Below the pieces are notes generated by a model. It ran no database searches. It was given only the letters and a program-made list of their open reading frames with translations, and was not told the origin of the DNA. DNA of 64,000 nucleotides from an uncultured Ignavibacteriales bacterium (GTDB lineage Bacteria; Zixibacteria; MSB-5A5; GN15; FEB-12). The DNA is taken from positions 410 to 64,409 of the forward strand of contig CAYNEO010000011.1 of the NCBI GenBank assembly GCA_964396245.1. The letters are read 5' to 3'. Below, piece after piece: positions 1 to 10,417 of this stretch. The position numbers and the translations under genes were made by a program. The stretch's first letter is position 1; each line of letters starts with the position of its first letter.

Positions 1-37
1 TACCCAGTACGAGGCATGCGACCTGCGAATGCTTCAT
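1..37 (-). CDS. 5' end of a gene truncated by the window edge (MKHSQVACLVLG..., possible signal peptide)
   Basis: AGGAGG (43-48, minus strand) 5 nt before ATG at 37; frame open to position 1. Confidence 0.6.
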   Translation of the reverse strand, partial: MKHSQVACLVLG

Positions 38-868
38 ACTATCCTCCTATCAAACGATGTGCTGGCTTGGCGGTTCCGTCTCTCATCCGATGGTTTTCGC
101 AACCGGCTGTTGAGAGGCAGACCGCCCGTAACGGCGAAATGAGCCGGCGCTTTCAGAATATGTCCAGGGTTCGGCGCGCAAAAGATCCGACGTGTGATCG
201 GTCGGTAGAAAGAGGGGGCTAAAACATCCCACAGGCGATTCCCCGATGAAACAGCGAGCACCTGCAACGACAGGATGCGCGGGTATGAAATATACGACCC
301 CTCAAGCTATCAAAACCGGCACATTGACGCCCGGCTCATATGTCGCAAGTCGATTAGCGATTAGCGCTGGGTAGTATGAATCTCCCGTTCGCTTGCGGGA
401 TACCTGAGGAGTCTGTTCGATGTTAGCTATCCGTGAGGCGAGGTTATGTCTTCCCTCTGAGTTCTGTGTAACAATATAGCCTGGCCAGTCTATTTTAACC
501 AGAAAAAAATACGGCCTGCACAGGGTCGTCCCGTCCGGCAAATTAGCCCCCAAACCGGAGGTGATTCTGAATCGGGCCGCCTTGATAGAGGCCATAGTAT
601 TGCGGGCGCAAGAGCAAAGACCTGATAGCCCCAAAATCAAAAAAATGAAGAAACGAAGCCATTTCGACACAACTGTATATCAGACAATTGCTTGCGAGAG
701 TACACGCGTAGTCTGTATGCGCGGTGGGGTGCGATTCACCCGGTCGGGGCTAAGTACTGGCATGCCGGGAAGCCCCCTATTTCGTGCGTAATGTGCTACC
801 TGTATTTTTGCAGAAAAAAACAGGACCAACCGGAACTTAATTTTCTTCCATCTCGTTTAACTTAGTAA

Positions 869-897
869 TTGACTTTGGCTGAACGAATGGCTATAGT
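869..897 (+). promoter_or_regulatory. sigma70-type promoter of the RRM gene
   Basis: TTGACT(869-874)-17 nt-TATAGT(892-897) in AT-rich DNA. Confidence 0.65.
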
Positions 898-1067
898 GTG
901 TTAACAATTGGTTTCCCTTATGTCTTTTTAAGAGGCTTTGCTCTCACTGTCAAATCCACCTAAAAGCATGAATCAGAGACCGTCGCGCAATAGTGCGCAA
1001 GAAGCGTTTGTCCCTGCACGGCGCCACCCGGCAACGTTTACGGGGATGAACATGTTTGGAGTGTAGA

Positions 1068-1376
1068 ATGAATATCTACATCGGCAATCTGTCGTTCAAC
1101 ACGACGGAAGAAGAATTGCGTCAGGCTTTTGAAGAGTTTGGCGAGGTAACCAGCGTGAATATCATCACGGACAGAGACAGTGGAAGACCGAGAGGGTTTG
1201 CCTTTGTCGAGATGGCCAGCAAAGATGACGGCATGGCCGCAATCAGCGGTCTGAACGGCCGGGAATCCGATGGCCGCGAGTGGAATGTCAACGAGGCGCG
1301 TCCTCGTGAGCCCCGCTCCGGTGGTGGCGGCGGTCGCGGTGGAAACCGTGGCGGCGGTCGCAACCGCGGCTGGTAA
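1068..1376 (+). CDS. RNA-binding protein (single RRM plus Gly/Arg-rich tail)
   Basis: RNP2 IYIGNL, RNP1 RGFAFVEM, GGGGGRGGNRGGG tail; GGAG before ATG 1068. Confidence 0.95.
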   Translation: MNIYIGNLSFNTTEEELRQAFEEFGEVTSVNIITDRDSGRPRGFAFVEMASKDDGMAAISGLNGRESDGREWNVNEARPREPRSGGGGGRGGNRGGGRNRGW

Positions 1377-1424
1377 ATATCGACTGTTCCACTGCTGACA
1401 GTTTCAGCAGTTACCATATTTGAA

Positions 1425-1454
1425 AAACGGACCGGGATATATCCCGGTCCGTTT
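1425..1454. terminator. bidirectional terminator-like perfect 30-bp palindrome
   Basis: aaacggaccgggatatatcccggtccgttt is self-complementary and lies between convergent genes; second hairpin ctgctga/tcagcag at 1392-1410. Confidence 0.75.
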
Positions 1455-1506
1455 GCAAATTGCTTCTGAGGATCCAGGTTCCTCGTGATATGCAGGGAAC
1501 GGCTCG

Positions 1507-2481
1507 CTATTGGATCGAGGCTACAGTCTCGGCAATAGTCTCGCGAATCGGCCGGTAGGAAACCCCCAGTTCGCGCTCCGCTTTAGTGCCGTCGGCGGCC
1601 GCACCGGCCTGCATTACCTGCATCAACCCCACCGACATGTCCCAGAGAGGCGGTCTTTTGGTAAGACCGGCGAGCATTGTCAACAGCCGGGCATTTGCCA
1701 TGACCATAAAATCGGGCATGGCCAGCCTGGGCAGCGGCACTCCGGAGATCTCGCTGACCATACGGTTGAGCTCACCAAATGTATACCGGTGATTTCCCGC
1801 AATATACTTCTCGCCGACATTGTCCGGCTTTTCGGCGGCCCGTATGATGATCTCGGCAACATCGCCAACATCCACAAACGTAAACGTGCTGTCTTCAAAC
1901 ACCCGCGCCGGCATGCCGCCCGTGACCAGCCGCCGAATATACTGGCCACTCGCCTTGGGATCACCCGGACCGAGCACCGAAACCGGATAAACCATCACCA
2001 CCGGCAAGCCGCTCGTCTTGAACAGCTCCCAGGTGATGACATCGCCTTCATACTTGGTCTGGAAATATTGTGAAAAGCGCTCCGGTCCCGGAAGGGTATC
2101 CTCGGTAAACGGCGAGCGTGACGGTTTTCCCCAGATACCGCAGGTGCTGATATGCACGACCTTGCCGATTCCCAACTCGAGGGCGCACTCCATCACCAGC
2201 CGGGTCCCCTCGACATTCACCTTCTGGAAGACGCTCTTGTCCGGTTCCCAGAAGGAGTACACGTTGGCGAGATTGACCACGAGGTCGACTCCCTGCATGC
2301 CCTCTATGAGAGACTTTCGGTGGGTGACATCGCCGATGATTTTCTCCGCGCCGATATCATCGATCACCTGCGCCGGGCTGGATTTGCGCGCGAGGCATCG
2401 CAGTTCGTAACCTCGGCCGGCCATTTCCCTGATAAGTCGGCTGCCGATGAAGCCGGTGCCGCCGGTAATGAATGCCCGCAT
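1507..2481 (-). CDS. NAD-dependent epimerase/dehydratase (extended SDR, HpnA/DFR-like)
   Basis: TGGTGFIG Rossmann motif, YFQTK (YxxxK); GGAGG before ATG 2481. Confidence 0.9.
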   Translation of the reverse strand: MRAFITGGTGFIGSRLIREMAGRGYELRCLARKSSPAQVIDDIGAEKIIGDVTHRKSLIEGMQGVDLVVNLANVYSFWEPDKSVFQKVNVEGTRLVMECALELGIGKVVHISTCGIWGKPSRSPFTEDTLPGPERFSQYFQTKYEGDVITWELFKTSGLPVVMVYPVSVLGPGDPKASGQYIRRLVTGGMPARVFEDSTFTFVDVGDVAEIIIRAAEKPDNVGEKYIAGNHRYTFGELNRMVSEISGVPLPRLAMPDFMVMANARLLTMLAGLTKRPPLWDMSVGLMQVMQAGAAADGTKAERELGVSYRPIRETIAETVASIQ

Positions 2482-2704
2482 AGAACCCTCCACAACTTTG
2501 TTTGCCTGCCGAGTCAGACCACGTGAGTCGGACAGGCCATGGATATGAAATGTAGCCGATACTCCACGTTACGTGGTCGACCGTGATTATGCAAGCACTC
2601 TTATGAGTGCGGCGGAACCATCTTTGACTTTCCCGGTTTTCTGTTTGCGCAACAAGGCGGTATCAGGTTTCGTATACGCAGGACATCCAGAGGACACTCG
2701 TTCC

Positions 2705-3172
2705 ATGCAAGACGCATCCACCGCACACAGGACCGGGCCGTTGCCGCCGACCTGGCTTTTCATTCTGCTGATACTGGCGGCCGTTTTGCGCCTGGTGCTG
2801 CCGGGGTATGTCTTCCTTCACTGGCCGGTCATTCTCGTGGGGCTACCTCCGCTGTTTTTCGGCGCCTGGATAACGGTATGGACCGACAATATATTCAAGC
2901 GATACGGCACAACGGTGAAGCCGCATCTCGATCCCGGCAAGTTGATAATCTCCGGCCCGTTTCGCATCAGCCGGCACCCGATGTATCTCGGCATGGCCCT
3001 GATCCTTCTGGGCGAGGCAGTATTGCTGGGTGCCGTCACGCCGTTTGCGGCCCCGGTCGCCTTCGCCGCCATCATGCAGGCGAAGTTCATCCCGATGGAA
3101 GAGCGGTCGATGGAACGAGTTTTCGGCGATCAGTACGCTGCCTATCGCCGGCGTGTCCGGCAGTGGCTGTAG
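2705..3172 (+). CDS. isoprenylcysteine carboxylmethyltransferase/PEMT-family membrane methyltransferase
   Basis: GPFRISRHPMYLG and IPMEERSM...FGDQY motifs; hydrophobic helices. Confidence 0.88.
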   Translation: MQDASTAHRTGPLPPTWLFILLILAAVLRLVLPGYVFLHWPVILVGLPPLFFGAWITVWTDNIFKRYGTTVKPHLDPGKLIISGPFRISRHPMYLGMALILLGEAVLLGAVTPFAAPVAFAAIMQAKFIPMEERSMERVFGDQYAAYRRRVRQWL

Positions 3173-3335
3173 ACGCATTGGCCTGCTGTCGTTTACCCCG
3201 CCGCCCCCGTATCCTTACCGAATTGCCAGCCGAAAGAAACAACTCGCCGAGTTTTTCGTCTTAATATGGAGACCGGAGCAGTTGTGACCGCCGGAAGGCT
3301 GGAGCGGCTCTCTGTCGGCCATTCAGGAGTATAAC

Positions 3336-4364
3336 ATGCTAAACAGCAAAATCTTAGTCGCACTTGTATTCGCGGTTGCGTGGGTACCCGGACTATACCA
3401 TCCTGACGGGAGAGTGGAGATGATGACAGTATCAGGGAGCAGCGCACCGACATACGTTTTTGCCACATATGCCGAGACACGTGAGCAACTTAGAGGCGCG
3501 CGTAATCTTGCCGAAAGTGTACGGGATTTCTCCGGGCAATACAGCCAGTCGGCGATACGAGTCTACGTTCCGGATGATATCGACATTCCGATGGACGAAA
3601 TCCGGGAGATGTTCGCGCCGGTAGACGCCGATATTCGGGTCAGTCACACTCCTGAAACCGCCCGGTGGTTTTATTTTGCCGGCAAAACATACGCCGCCGG
3701 ATTGGCCGAGAAAGAAGCAGAGGGGACCGCGGCGATACTTGTCTGGATGGACGACGACACGATTATCCTGAAGGAACCGTCGCTGTTCAGGCTCGATCCG
3801 AAGGTGAGTTTTTCCTATCGGCCGGTGATGCACAACCGATCCGGATCGCTTTTTGGGAAGCCTCCCGATGCTTTCTGGAGCCGGATATACGATGTCCTGG
3901 GTGTCGGAGATGAGAAGCTGTTCCCGATGGTCACGCCGGCCGACAGACAGAAGGTCCGCGCCTATTTCAATGCCGGATTGCTGGTTGTACGCCCTGAGAA
4001 GGGAGTGCTCAGGAAATGGGGTCAGGACTTCACCCGGCTCGTCGAGGACACGGTACTGGTCAATATGTGCCGCGAAAACGTCGACAAGCGCATATTCCTT
4101 CACCAGACGGCTCTCGTGGGGGCGGTACTGAATACGCTTGCACGCGACGAGCTCGTGGAACTGCCCGCATCGTATAACTATCCCCTGTTTTTTGAGCAGA
4201 TGTTCGAGGCGTCGTCTGAGTTCGGGACCATAGACGGGATCACCACTCTGCGATACGACGTGTATTTCCGCAACCCGGATCCCCGGTGGAGCGAGAAACT
4301 GAAAGGTCCGGCGGAGAAAATCGCCTGGTTGAAAGCGCGGCTGGGGAAGAAAGCAGATAAGTGA
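3336..4364 (+). CDS. GT8-like (GT-A fold) glycosyltransferase with N-terminal hydrophobic segment
   Basis: WMDDDT (DxD), YFNAGLLVV, LPASYNY resemble GT8 motifs; AGGAG upstream. Confidence 0.6.
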   Translation: MLNSKILVALVFAVAWVPGLYHPDGRVEMMTVSGSSAPTYVFATYAETREQLRGARNLAESVRDFSGQYSQSAIRVYVPDDIDIPMDEIREMFAPVDADIRVSHTPETARWFYFAGKTYAAGLAEKEAEGTAAILVWMDDDTIILKEPSLFRLDPKVSFSYRPVMHNRSGSLFGKPPDAFWSRIYDVLGVGDEKLFPMVTPADRQKVRAYFNAGLLVVRPEKGVLRKWGQDFTRLVEDTVLVNMCRENVDKRIFLHQTALVGAVLNTLARDELVELPASYNYPLFFEQMFEASSEFGTIDGITTLRYDVYFRNPDPRWSEKLKGPAEKIAWLKARLGKKADK

Positions 4365-4366
4365 CG

Positions 4367-5719
4367 TTATTTGGGATAGCTGGGGGGTGACGAAGACTCG
4401 CTGGCGCTCTGAATCCCGACGGCAATTTCAGGGAGAATTCCCATCGTAACATAGATTGGCCTTACCAGGGCCCTCAAGGCAGGTAATCTTCGCGCAAAGA
4501 CAGCCGCCCCGAGCACGCAAGCCATGCCGCCTGCAAAAACTGTCCACGGAGCACCGATCCTGCTTGCCAGGTATCCCGCGAGCAAACTGCCGAGCGGAGT
4601 CATCCCGACAAATGCCATAGTGTAAAGGCTCATAACTCTTCCCCGCTTGTCATCCTCGACTATTGTCTGCAGCAGGGTATTGCTTGACGCCATCTGTACC
4701 ATCTGGCCGAAACCGGTGAAGAGCATAAGGATGAGTGAAAGCGACAGGACCTGTGAAAACGAGAAGGCGGCCAGCCCGAGTCCAAAAATGGCGGCGGCGA
4801 TAGGAATCCATTTCCCGAGCCCCAGCAGAGTTTTCCTCGCGGCCAGGTACAGTGCCCCCACCAGTGCTCCAACGCCGGCGGCGCCCATCAGGAAACCGAG
4901 CGCGCTGGGGCCGCCGTTGAGGACATCTTTGGCGAAAATCGGCATGAGCACGCTGTAAGGCATCCCCATAATACTTATCACGGCCAGCATCAATAGAATA
5001 GTCCGAATCGGTTCGAATTTGGCGGCGTAACGTATCCCCTCACTGAATTCCTGCCAGACTCTCGACTCACGTTTCCTGGCAGGTCTCGGCGCGAGTTTCA
5101 TCAGCAGCAGGGAGACGATGACGGCCAGGTAGCTGAGCCCGTTAATGAGGAAGCAGATTCCTTCTCCCACCGCTCCGATCAGGATACCCGCTGCGGAGGG
5201 GCCGAGTAAACGGGCGCCATTGACCATGGATGAATTCAATGCAATGGCGTTTCCGAGATCCTGTTTCTCGCCGATCATCTCTATCATGAACGACTGCCTG
5301 GTAGGCATGTCGAGAGAGTTGATCATGCCCAGGACGACGCTGAGGACAATGATATGCCAGACCTGGATCAGGTCGGTTAGGACGAGAAATGACAGCACGA
5401 AAGCCTGAATCATTGCCAGGGTCTGAGTCAGGATGAGTAACCGGTGACGATTCCAGCGATCCGCAAGAACGCCGGCAATTGGCGCCAGGACCAGAACCGG
5501 AATCTGACTGGAGAAGCTCACCAGGCCCAACAAGAATGCCGAATGAGTAAGGTCGTAAACCAGCCAGCTCAGGGCGATACGCTGCATCCAGGTACCGGTG
5601 AGCGAGATACTCTGGCCGCCAAAGAACAGGCGAAAGTTCCGGTGACGCAGAGCCCGTATAATCGATTTCAGTCTTGGGGCCGCCTTGCGTTCTTCGGTAT
5701 TAGTTTTCATACTATCCAT
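4367..5719 (-). CDS. MFS transporter (MFS_3-like)
   Basis: ALRHRNFRLFF start, GVLADRWNRHRLL motif A, about 12 TM; start 5719 or 5710. Confidence 0.9.
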   Translation of the reverse strand: MDSMKTNTEERKAAPRLKSIIRALRHRNFRLFFGGQSISLTGTWMQRIALSWLVYDLTHSAFLLGLVSFSSQIPVLVLAPIAGVLADRWNRHRLLILTQTLAMIQAFVLSFLVLTDLIQVWHIIVLSVVLGMINSLDMPTRQSFMIEMIGEKQDLGNAIALNSSMVNGARLLGPSAAGILIGAVGEGICFLINGLSYLAVIVSLLLMKLAPRPARKRESRVWQEFSEGIRYAAKFEPIRTILLMLAVISIMGMPYSVLMPIFAKDVLNGGPSALGFLMGAAGVGALVGALYLAARKTLLGLGKWIPIAAAIFGLGLAAFSFSQVLSLSLILMLFTGFGQMVQMASSNTLLQTIVEDDKRGRVMSLYTMAFVGMTPLGSLLAGYLASRIGAPWTVFAGGMACVLGAAVFARRLPALRALVRPIYVTMGILPEIAVGIQSASESSSPPSYPK

Positions 5720-5957
5720 CTCGCAGGACACGACGAAGTCCCGGCTGTCCTTGAGCCGCTGAAAGGTCTGTGTTTCTACCGCTAATGTCAATGCCGGTTC
5801 GCGGCTCTGACTTTCGGCAGAGACCAAAACTGAAACGGCCGGCGAACTATTCCGCGCTCCGGGTGTTTTCCATGCAAAGCCGTTACTATTACACCGATTG
5901 AACCGCGCACAAATCTTCCGGAAATAATCCCCGTCGTCCGTGCCGACTGAAGCAAAG

Positions 5958-6794
5958 ATGGACATTTTAGCTCTCACCTTGTTACTCCTGCTGGTTGCCC
6001 TGGGCGCCGGTTTCCTGGGTTCGATGACCGGGCTCGGCGGCGGGGTGGTTATCATACCGGCCCTCACGCTTCTGTTCGGAATCGACATTCACTACGCAAT
6101 GGGAGCGTCGCTGGTCTCAGTTATCGCAACGTCGTCGGGGGCCGCGGCAGCGTACGTGAAAGAAGGGTTCACGAATATCAGGATAGGCATGTTCCTGGAA
6201 AGCGCCACGACTATCGGGGCCGTGGTCGGAGCCAGTCTGACCGCGTATCTTCCGGCAACGATTATTGCCGTGGTTTTCGGCGGCGTGCTGATTTTCTCCG
6301 CCATCGAATCGCATCGCGCCCGGAAAAAGAACGGCCCACCACAGAAGTCCGATCGGATTTCAGAATGGCTCAGGATGCCCTCGAGTTACCCGGCAAAAGA
6401 CGGACCGCAGGAGTACGCTGTGCGACACGTGCCGGGCGGCTGGGGAATGATGTTTGTCGCCGGTTCGCTGTCCGGTCTGTTGGGTATCGGATCCGGTGCG
6501 TTCAAGGTCCTGGCCATGGACCGGATTATGCGGATTCCGTTCAAGGTCTCCACGACGACCAGTAATTTCATGATCGGGGTCACGGCTGCGGCCAGCGCCG
6601 GGGTGTACCTTCATCACGGGTATATCGATCCCGGACTGGTGATGCCGGTCATGCTTGGCGTACTTGTCGGATCGTTGATAGGGGCAAGAACGCTCATCGG
6701 ATCGGCCACCAAAGTACTTCGCATCATATTCACCGTTGTCATACTCGGTCTGGCGATCGAGATGATTTATGGCGGCCTGACGGGGAAATTCTGA
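5958..6794 (+). CDS. TauE/SafE (TSUP) family membrane transporter
   Basis: GSMTGLGGGVVIIP and SGLLGIGSG repeats. Confidence 0.9.
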   Translation: MDILALTLLLLLVALGAGFLGSMTGLGGGVVIIPALTLLFGIDIHYAMGASLVSVIATSSGAAAAYVKEGFTNIRIGMFLESATTIGAVVGASLTAYLPATIIAVVFGGVLIFSAIESHRARKKNGPPQKSDRISEWLRMPSSYPAKDGPQEYAVRHVPGGWGMMFVAGSLSGLLGIGSGAFKVLAMDRIMRIPFKVSTTTSNFMIGVTAAASAGVYLHHGYIDPGLVMPVMLGVLVGSLIGARTLIGSATKVLRIIFTVVILGLAIEMIYGGLTGKF

Positions 6795-6795
6795 T

Positions 6796-7185
6796 ATGAA
6801 TGAGGCGAAGCGAAACCAGGACGAGCGGGGATTCGAACAGCTCATGGGGAATCTGCTGAGGTGGGGGGTAACGGTAGCGGGTGTGATAGTCTCTCTCGGT
6901 GGGATCATTTACCTGTTCAAGCACGGGGTGAGTGCTCCCAACTACGGCACTTTTCACGGCGTGCCGGATCAACTGCGAACGGTGGCAGGGATTGTCACCG
7001 ATGTCATCAACTTCCACGGCCGAACCATAATCCAGTTCGGTCTCCTGGTGCTGATTCTCACGCCGGTAATGAGGGTGCTGTTTTCAATTTTCGGATTCAT
7101 ACGCGAGCGCGACTGGGTGTATATCTTGGTGACGACATTCGTGCTGGCGGTACTCGTATTCGGCCTGGTCGGGGGACATTTGTGA
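6796..7185 (+). CDS. DUF1634-like small membrane protein
   Basis: LLRWGV...GLLVLILTPVMRV pattern; directly follows the TSUP gene, the usual pairing. Confidence 0.8.
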   Translation: MNEAKRNQDERGFEQLMGNLLRWGVTVAGVIVSLGGIIYLFKHGVSAPNYGTFHGVPDQLRTVAGIVTDVINFHGRTIIQFGLLVLILTPVMRVLFSIFGFIRERDWVYILVTTFVLAVLVFGLVGGHL

Positions 7186-7363
7186 TTTCCACCGGCTCTT
7201 AAATGATTGCTGATGTTTTGGGGGACCCGCTTCCGGTATTGACGAAAGCGCTTCTTCGGTATTATTTTAGTTTCCGTAAAACTTCGACTCCACTTGTGAC
7301 ACGATGACTCCCGTTGTTTTCAGGGTTATCGAATGTTGGGGGCCGTGATTCGAAAGGCGTGGT

Positions 7364-8716
7364 GTGTCAGGGAAAATTGGAATCTGTGTACGTTTCCTAC
7401 CGCTGTTCTTCGTGATATTGGCCGGACGGGCATCCGGCAGGGGGCTCGCGACAATTGACAGCGTGGCGGAGGCGTATGTCAAACTCGCATTGGACTTCGG
7501 CCGCTACGAGACGGATTATGTGGATTCCTATTACGGTCCGCGAGAATGGCTGCCCGTGAATGCCGCCGATTCGGCTTATCCCTATCTCCCCCTGCATCAA
7601 GCCACCACAGCCTTGCAGGACAAATTGGCGTCGATTGACACTATCGGGTTGGCCCCTTCACAACGGATTCGGCTGTACTGCCTGGAGAAGCTTATTACGT
7701 CGCTGGCTGCTCTCATCGAGATTCGTGATGGCAAAGGGATGACATTTGACAAAGAGTCGGAAGCCCTGTACGATGCCGTGGCGCCGTCGCACGACACCAC
7801 GTATTTCGACAGCCTGCTACAGCGGCTCGACCAACTTTTGCCGGGAACGGGTGACATTCCGACCAGGCTCATCGCATTCCAGAAGCTGTTTGTCGTCCCC
7901 ACCGACAGACTGGATACACTGGTTCGAGTGTCGATTGAGGCCTGTCGAACGCGAACACGTGATCATATCAGGCTTCCGGAAGGTGAGGATTTCGTTGTCG
8001 AATATGTCGCCAACGCACCGTGGGGCGCCTATAACTGGTACGAGGGCAACTCGATAAGCACGATTCAGATAGACACGACGGATGAAATTCGAATCGTTGG
8101 CATAATCGGCATTGCGGCTCATGAGGGCTACCCGGGCCATCATGTCTATTGTACTTTGGCGGAAAACTGCCTCTACCGGGACAGCGGTTGGGTCGAGTAC
8201 TGCATCCTTCCGCTCCAGTGCCCGGCATCATTGATCGCGGAGGGATTAGGCAACTACGCGGTCAGGCTGGTCTTTCCCAGGACCGAGCAGGCGTCTTTTA
8301 TGAAGACGGTCCTCTTTCCGCCGGCCGGATTGGATACGACGCTGGTCGATCTCCTCCTGGAAATAACCGACCTCAGAAAAGACCTGAACTGCGCTTCCGC
8401 GGAGGCCGCACGCGCTTACCTCGACGGCAAACGATCGAAAGAAGAAACCGTCTCCTTTCTCATGCGGTATCTGGGCGAAACCCGGGATGAGGCTTACAAG
8501 TCGATTGGCTTTTTTCAGCGGTATCGCAGCTATATTGTCAATTACAGCCTGGGCGAGGAGCTGGTGAAAAGATACGTAGAGTACGGCGAAAGCAGCGAGA
8601 ACCTCGAACGGCGCTGGGAGCGATTTACGAGGCTCATGTTGAGCCCGATGACGGCGTCCCGAATGGTAGAGTCATCTTTGGCAGAAAACAACGGAGTTAG
8701 CACCGGAGGCTTATAG
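7364..8716 (+). CDS. secreted DUF885-like gluzincin metallopeptidase
   Basis: signal peptide; AHEGYPGHH and downstream LIAEG; Y..G near C-terminus. Confidence 0.65.
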   Translation: MSGKIGICVRFLPLFFVILAGRASGRGLATIDSVAEAYVKLALDFGRYETDYVDSYYGPREWLPVNAADSAYPYLPLHQATTALQDKLASIDTIGLAPSQRIRLYCLEKLITSLAALIEIRDGKGMTFDKESEALYDAVAPSHDTTYFDSLLQRLDQLLPGTGDIPTRLIAFQKLFVVPTDRLDTLVRVSIEACRTRTRDHIRLPEGEDFVVEYVANAPWGAYNWYEGNSISTIQIDTTDEIRIVGIIGIAAHEGYPGHHVYCTLAENCLYRDSGWVEYCILPLQCPASLIAEGLGNYAVRLVFPRTEQASFMKTVLFPPAGLDTTLVDLLLEITDLRKDLNCASAEAARAYLDGKRSKEETVSFLMRYLGETRDEAYKSIGFFQRYRSYIVNYSLGEELVKRYVEYGESSENLERRWERFTRLMLSPMTASRMVESSLAENNGVSTGGL

Positions 8717-8717
8717 G

Positions 8718-10031
8718 ATGAAAAGCGAAGAAAATCGTCACCCACGCGGGTTCTGGTTCATTTTCTGGGGGGAACTGGCCGAACGCGCCAGTTTCTACGG
8801 AATGAAAACGCTCCTCCTGCTCTACATGATTCAGGTGCTCGATTACACCGATGCCAACAGCGCCTCGGTAGTATCCCTGTTCACGGCCTTCTGTTATATC
8901 CTCCCCATCCTGGGCGGTTATATCGCCGACCACTACCTCGGCAAGTTCAAGACCATCATCTATTTCGCCATTCCGTATATCCTGGGGCATATCATCCTCG
9001 GCACGTTCAACACCCAGGTGGGCCTCTTTGTCGCCCTGTTGCTGCTGGCCGGGGGCTCCGGCTCGATCAAGCCGAATATCAGTACCCTGATGGGATTGAT
9101 GTATCAGAAAGCCGGGAAATCACACCTGATGAGCCAGGCGTTTTCGTGGTTCTACATGGCGATCAATATCGGCGCCGCTATCACGACCTTTTCACTTCCG
9201 TTCATCCGCGATCGCTACGGTTACGGGCCGGCATTTATGGCTCCCACGATCCTGATGGCGGTTTCGCTGGGGATTTTCTATATCGGCAAGCGATACTATC
9301 CCACTGAGGAAGTTCGGAAGATGCAGCGCGAACCGCGCACGCCCGAACAAAGACATGAGGAATGGTCTGTACTGCTTCGCCTCTCCGGTCTCTTCCTGTT
9401 GATCATATTCTTCTGGTCTATCTTCGATCAGTCGTACTCGACCTGGACACTCTTTGCCCGCGACTATATGAATCTGGATATCAGCTTCTTTGGGAACGTG
9501 TGGCACATCCCTCCCGATGCCATTCAAAGTCTTAATCCCGTGTTGATCGTGCTGATGACGCCCCTGTTCGCCTGGTTGTGGTCGAAAACCGACCGCGACG
9601 AAACCCACCGATTGTCGTCGCCTCGCAAGATGCTGATCGGTTTTGTCCTAGTGATTTTGTGTATGGGCCTGATGTCATTCGCGGGTTACCTGGGAGCAGT
9701 GGCCAAGGTATCTATCATGTGGGAGCTCGGCGCATATATTTTGATCACCATGGCGGAGCTATGCATTTCAGTAGTGGGTCTGCAGCTGGCGTTTGAGGAA
9801 GCTCCCGACCGCATGAAATCAATGATTACGGGTATCTGGTTGTTCACCGTTTTTGTGGGTGACAGTCTCGCCGCATGGTTTTCGCGCCTTTATACCCAGA
9901 TGACACCGGCGAGTTATTTTGGCATGATGACCATCATGATCGCGGGTGTCACGGTGGCCTTCTACTACGTTGCGAAGCGATTCGAGCGCCGGGAGCCGGA
10001 GGTTGCAGTGACTGTCGGCGAGCCGGTCTGA
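8718..10031 (+). CDS. POT/PTR2 proton-dependent oligopeptide transporter
   Basis: ELAERASFYGM (ExxERFxYY-like), GGYIADHYLG, GSGSIKPNIS. Confidence 0.92.
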   Translation: MKSEENRHPRGFWFIFWGELAERASFYGMKTLLLLYMIQVLDYTDANSASVVSLFTAFCYILPILGGYIADHYLGKFKTIIYFAIPYILGHIILGTFNTQVGLFVALLLLAGGSGSIKPNISTLMGLMYQKAGKSHLMSQAFSWFYMAINIGAAITTFSLPFIRDRYGYGPAFMAPTILMAVSLGIFYIGKRYYPTEEVRKMQREPRTPEQRHEEWSVLLRLSGLFLLIIFFWSIFDQSYSTWTLFARDYMNLDISFFGNVWHIPPDAIQSLNPVLIVLMTPLFAWLWSKTDRDETHRLSSPRKMLIGFVLVILCMGLMSFAGYLGAVAKVSIMWELGAYILITMAELCISVVGLQLAFEEAPDRMKSMITGIWLFTVFVGDSLAAWFSRLYTQMTPASYFGMMTIMIAGVTVAFYYVAKRFERREPEVAVTVGEPV

Positions 10032-10234
10032 TCGGCCGCTGTCGGGGAAATACTGTATGGGTTCTTAATAACTCAAGATTCGGGGTACAACGGGAAAAAG
10101 CCGAATTTGCGGGCCGAATCCAACTCCCGGATTGGCCTCAGGTATCAGCGGATGGCGTGCAGTTGCCGGGGCCCTACAGTAATCTCCTTACGGATTACAC
10201 CGGACAGACATACCACGTCAGCATAAAGTATCAC

Positions 10235-10264
10235 TTGACAAAAATCGCCTTATTAGTCTATATT
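10235..10264 (+). promoter_or_regulatory. sigma70-type promoter
   Basis: TTGACA-18 nt-TATATT upstream of 10418. Confidence 0.5.
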
Positions 10265-10417
10265 GTTTGTAGATATGGCCTGCCGGCGCCGTGTTTGGAG
10301 CACACACGGAACAGTATCATTGCACAAATCCATAGCGAATGAGTCAGGGAAATTCTGCTTGGCGTGACACGAGTGGGTTTCCGTTTGTCAAACCTTACGC
10401 TCATGAGGAGGGTACTC

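Noticed and set aside
302-670. 122-aa minus-strand ORF with a lipoprotein-like start (LCSC)
   Set aside because: GTG start without RBS and no recognisable motif; cannot be told from chance, though it may be real
2595-2610. GCACTC-N4-GAGTGC resembling CIRCE
   Set aside because: CIRCE is TTAGCACTC-N9-GAGTGCTAA; spacer and flanks are wrong and no chaperone gene follows
5720-6088. N-terminal extension of the MFS ORF in the track
   Set aside because: Non-hydrophobic and overlaps the divergent TSUP start; family similarity begins near 5719
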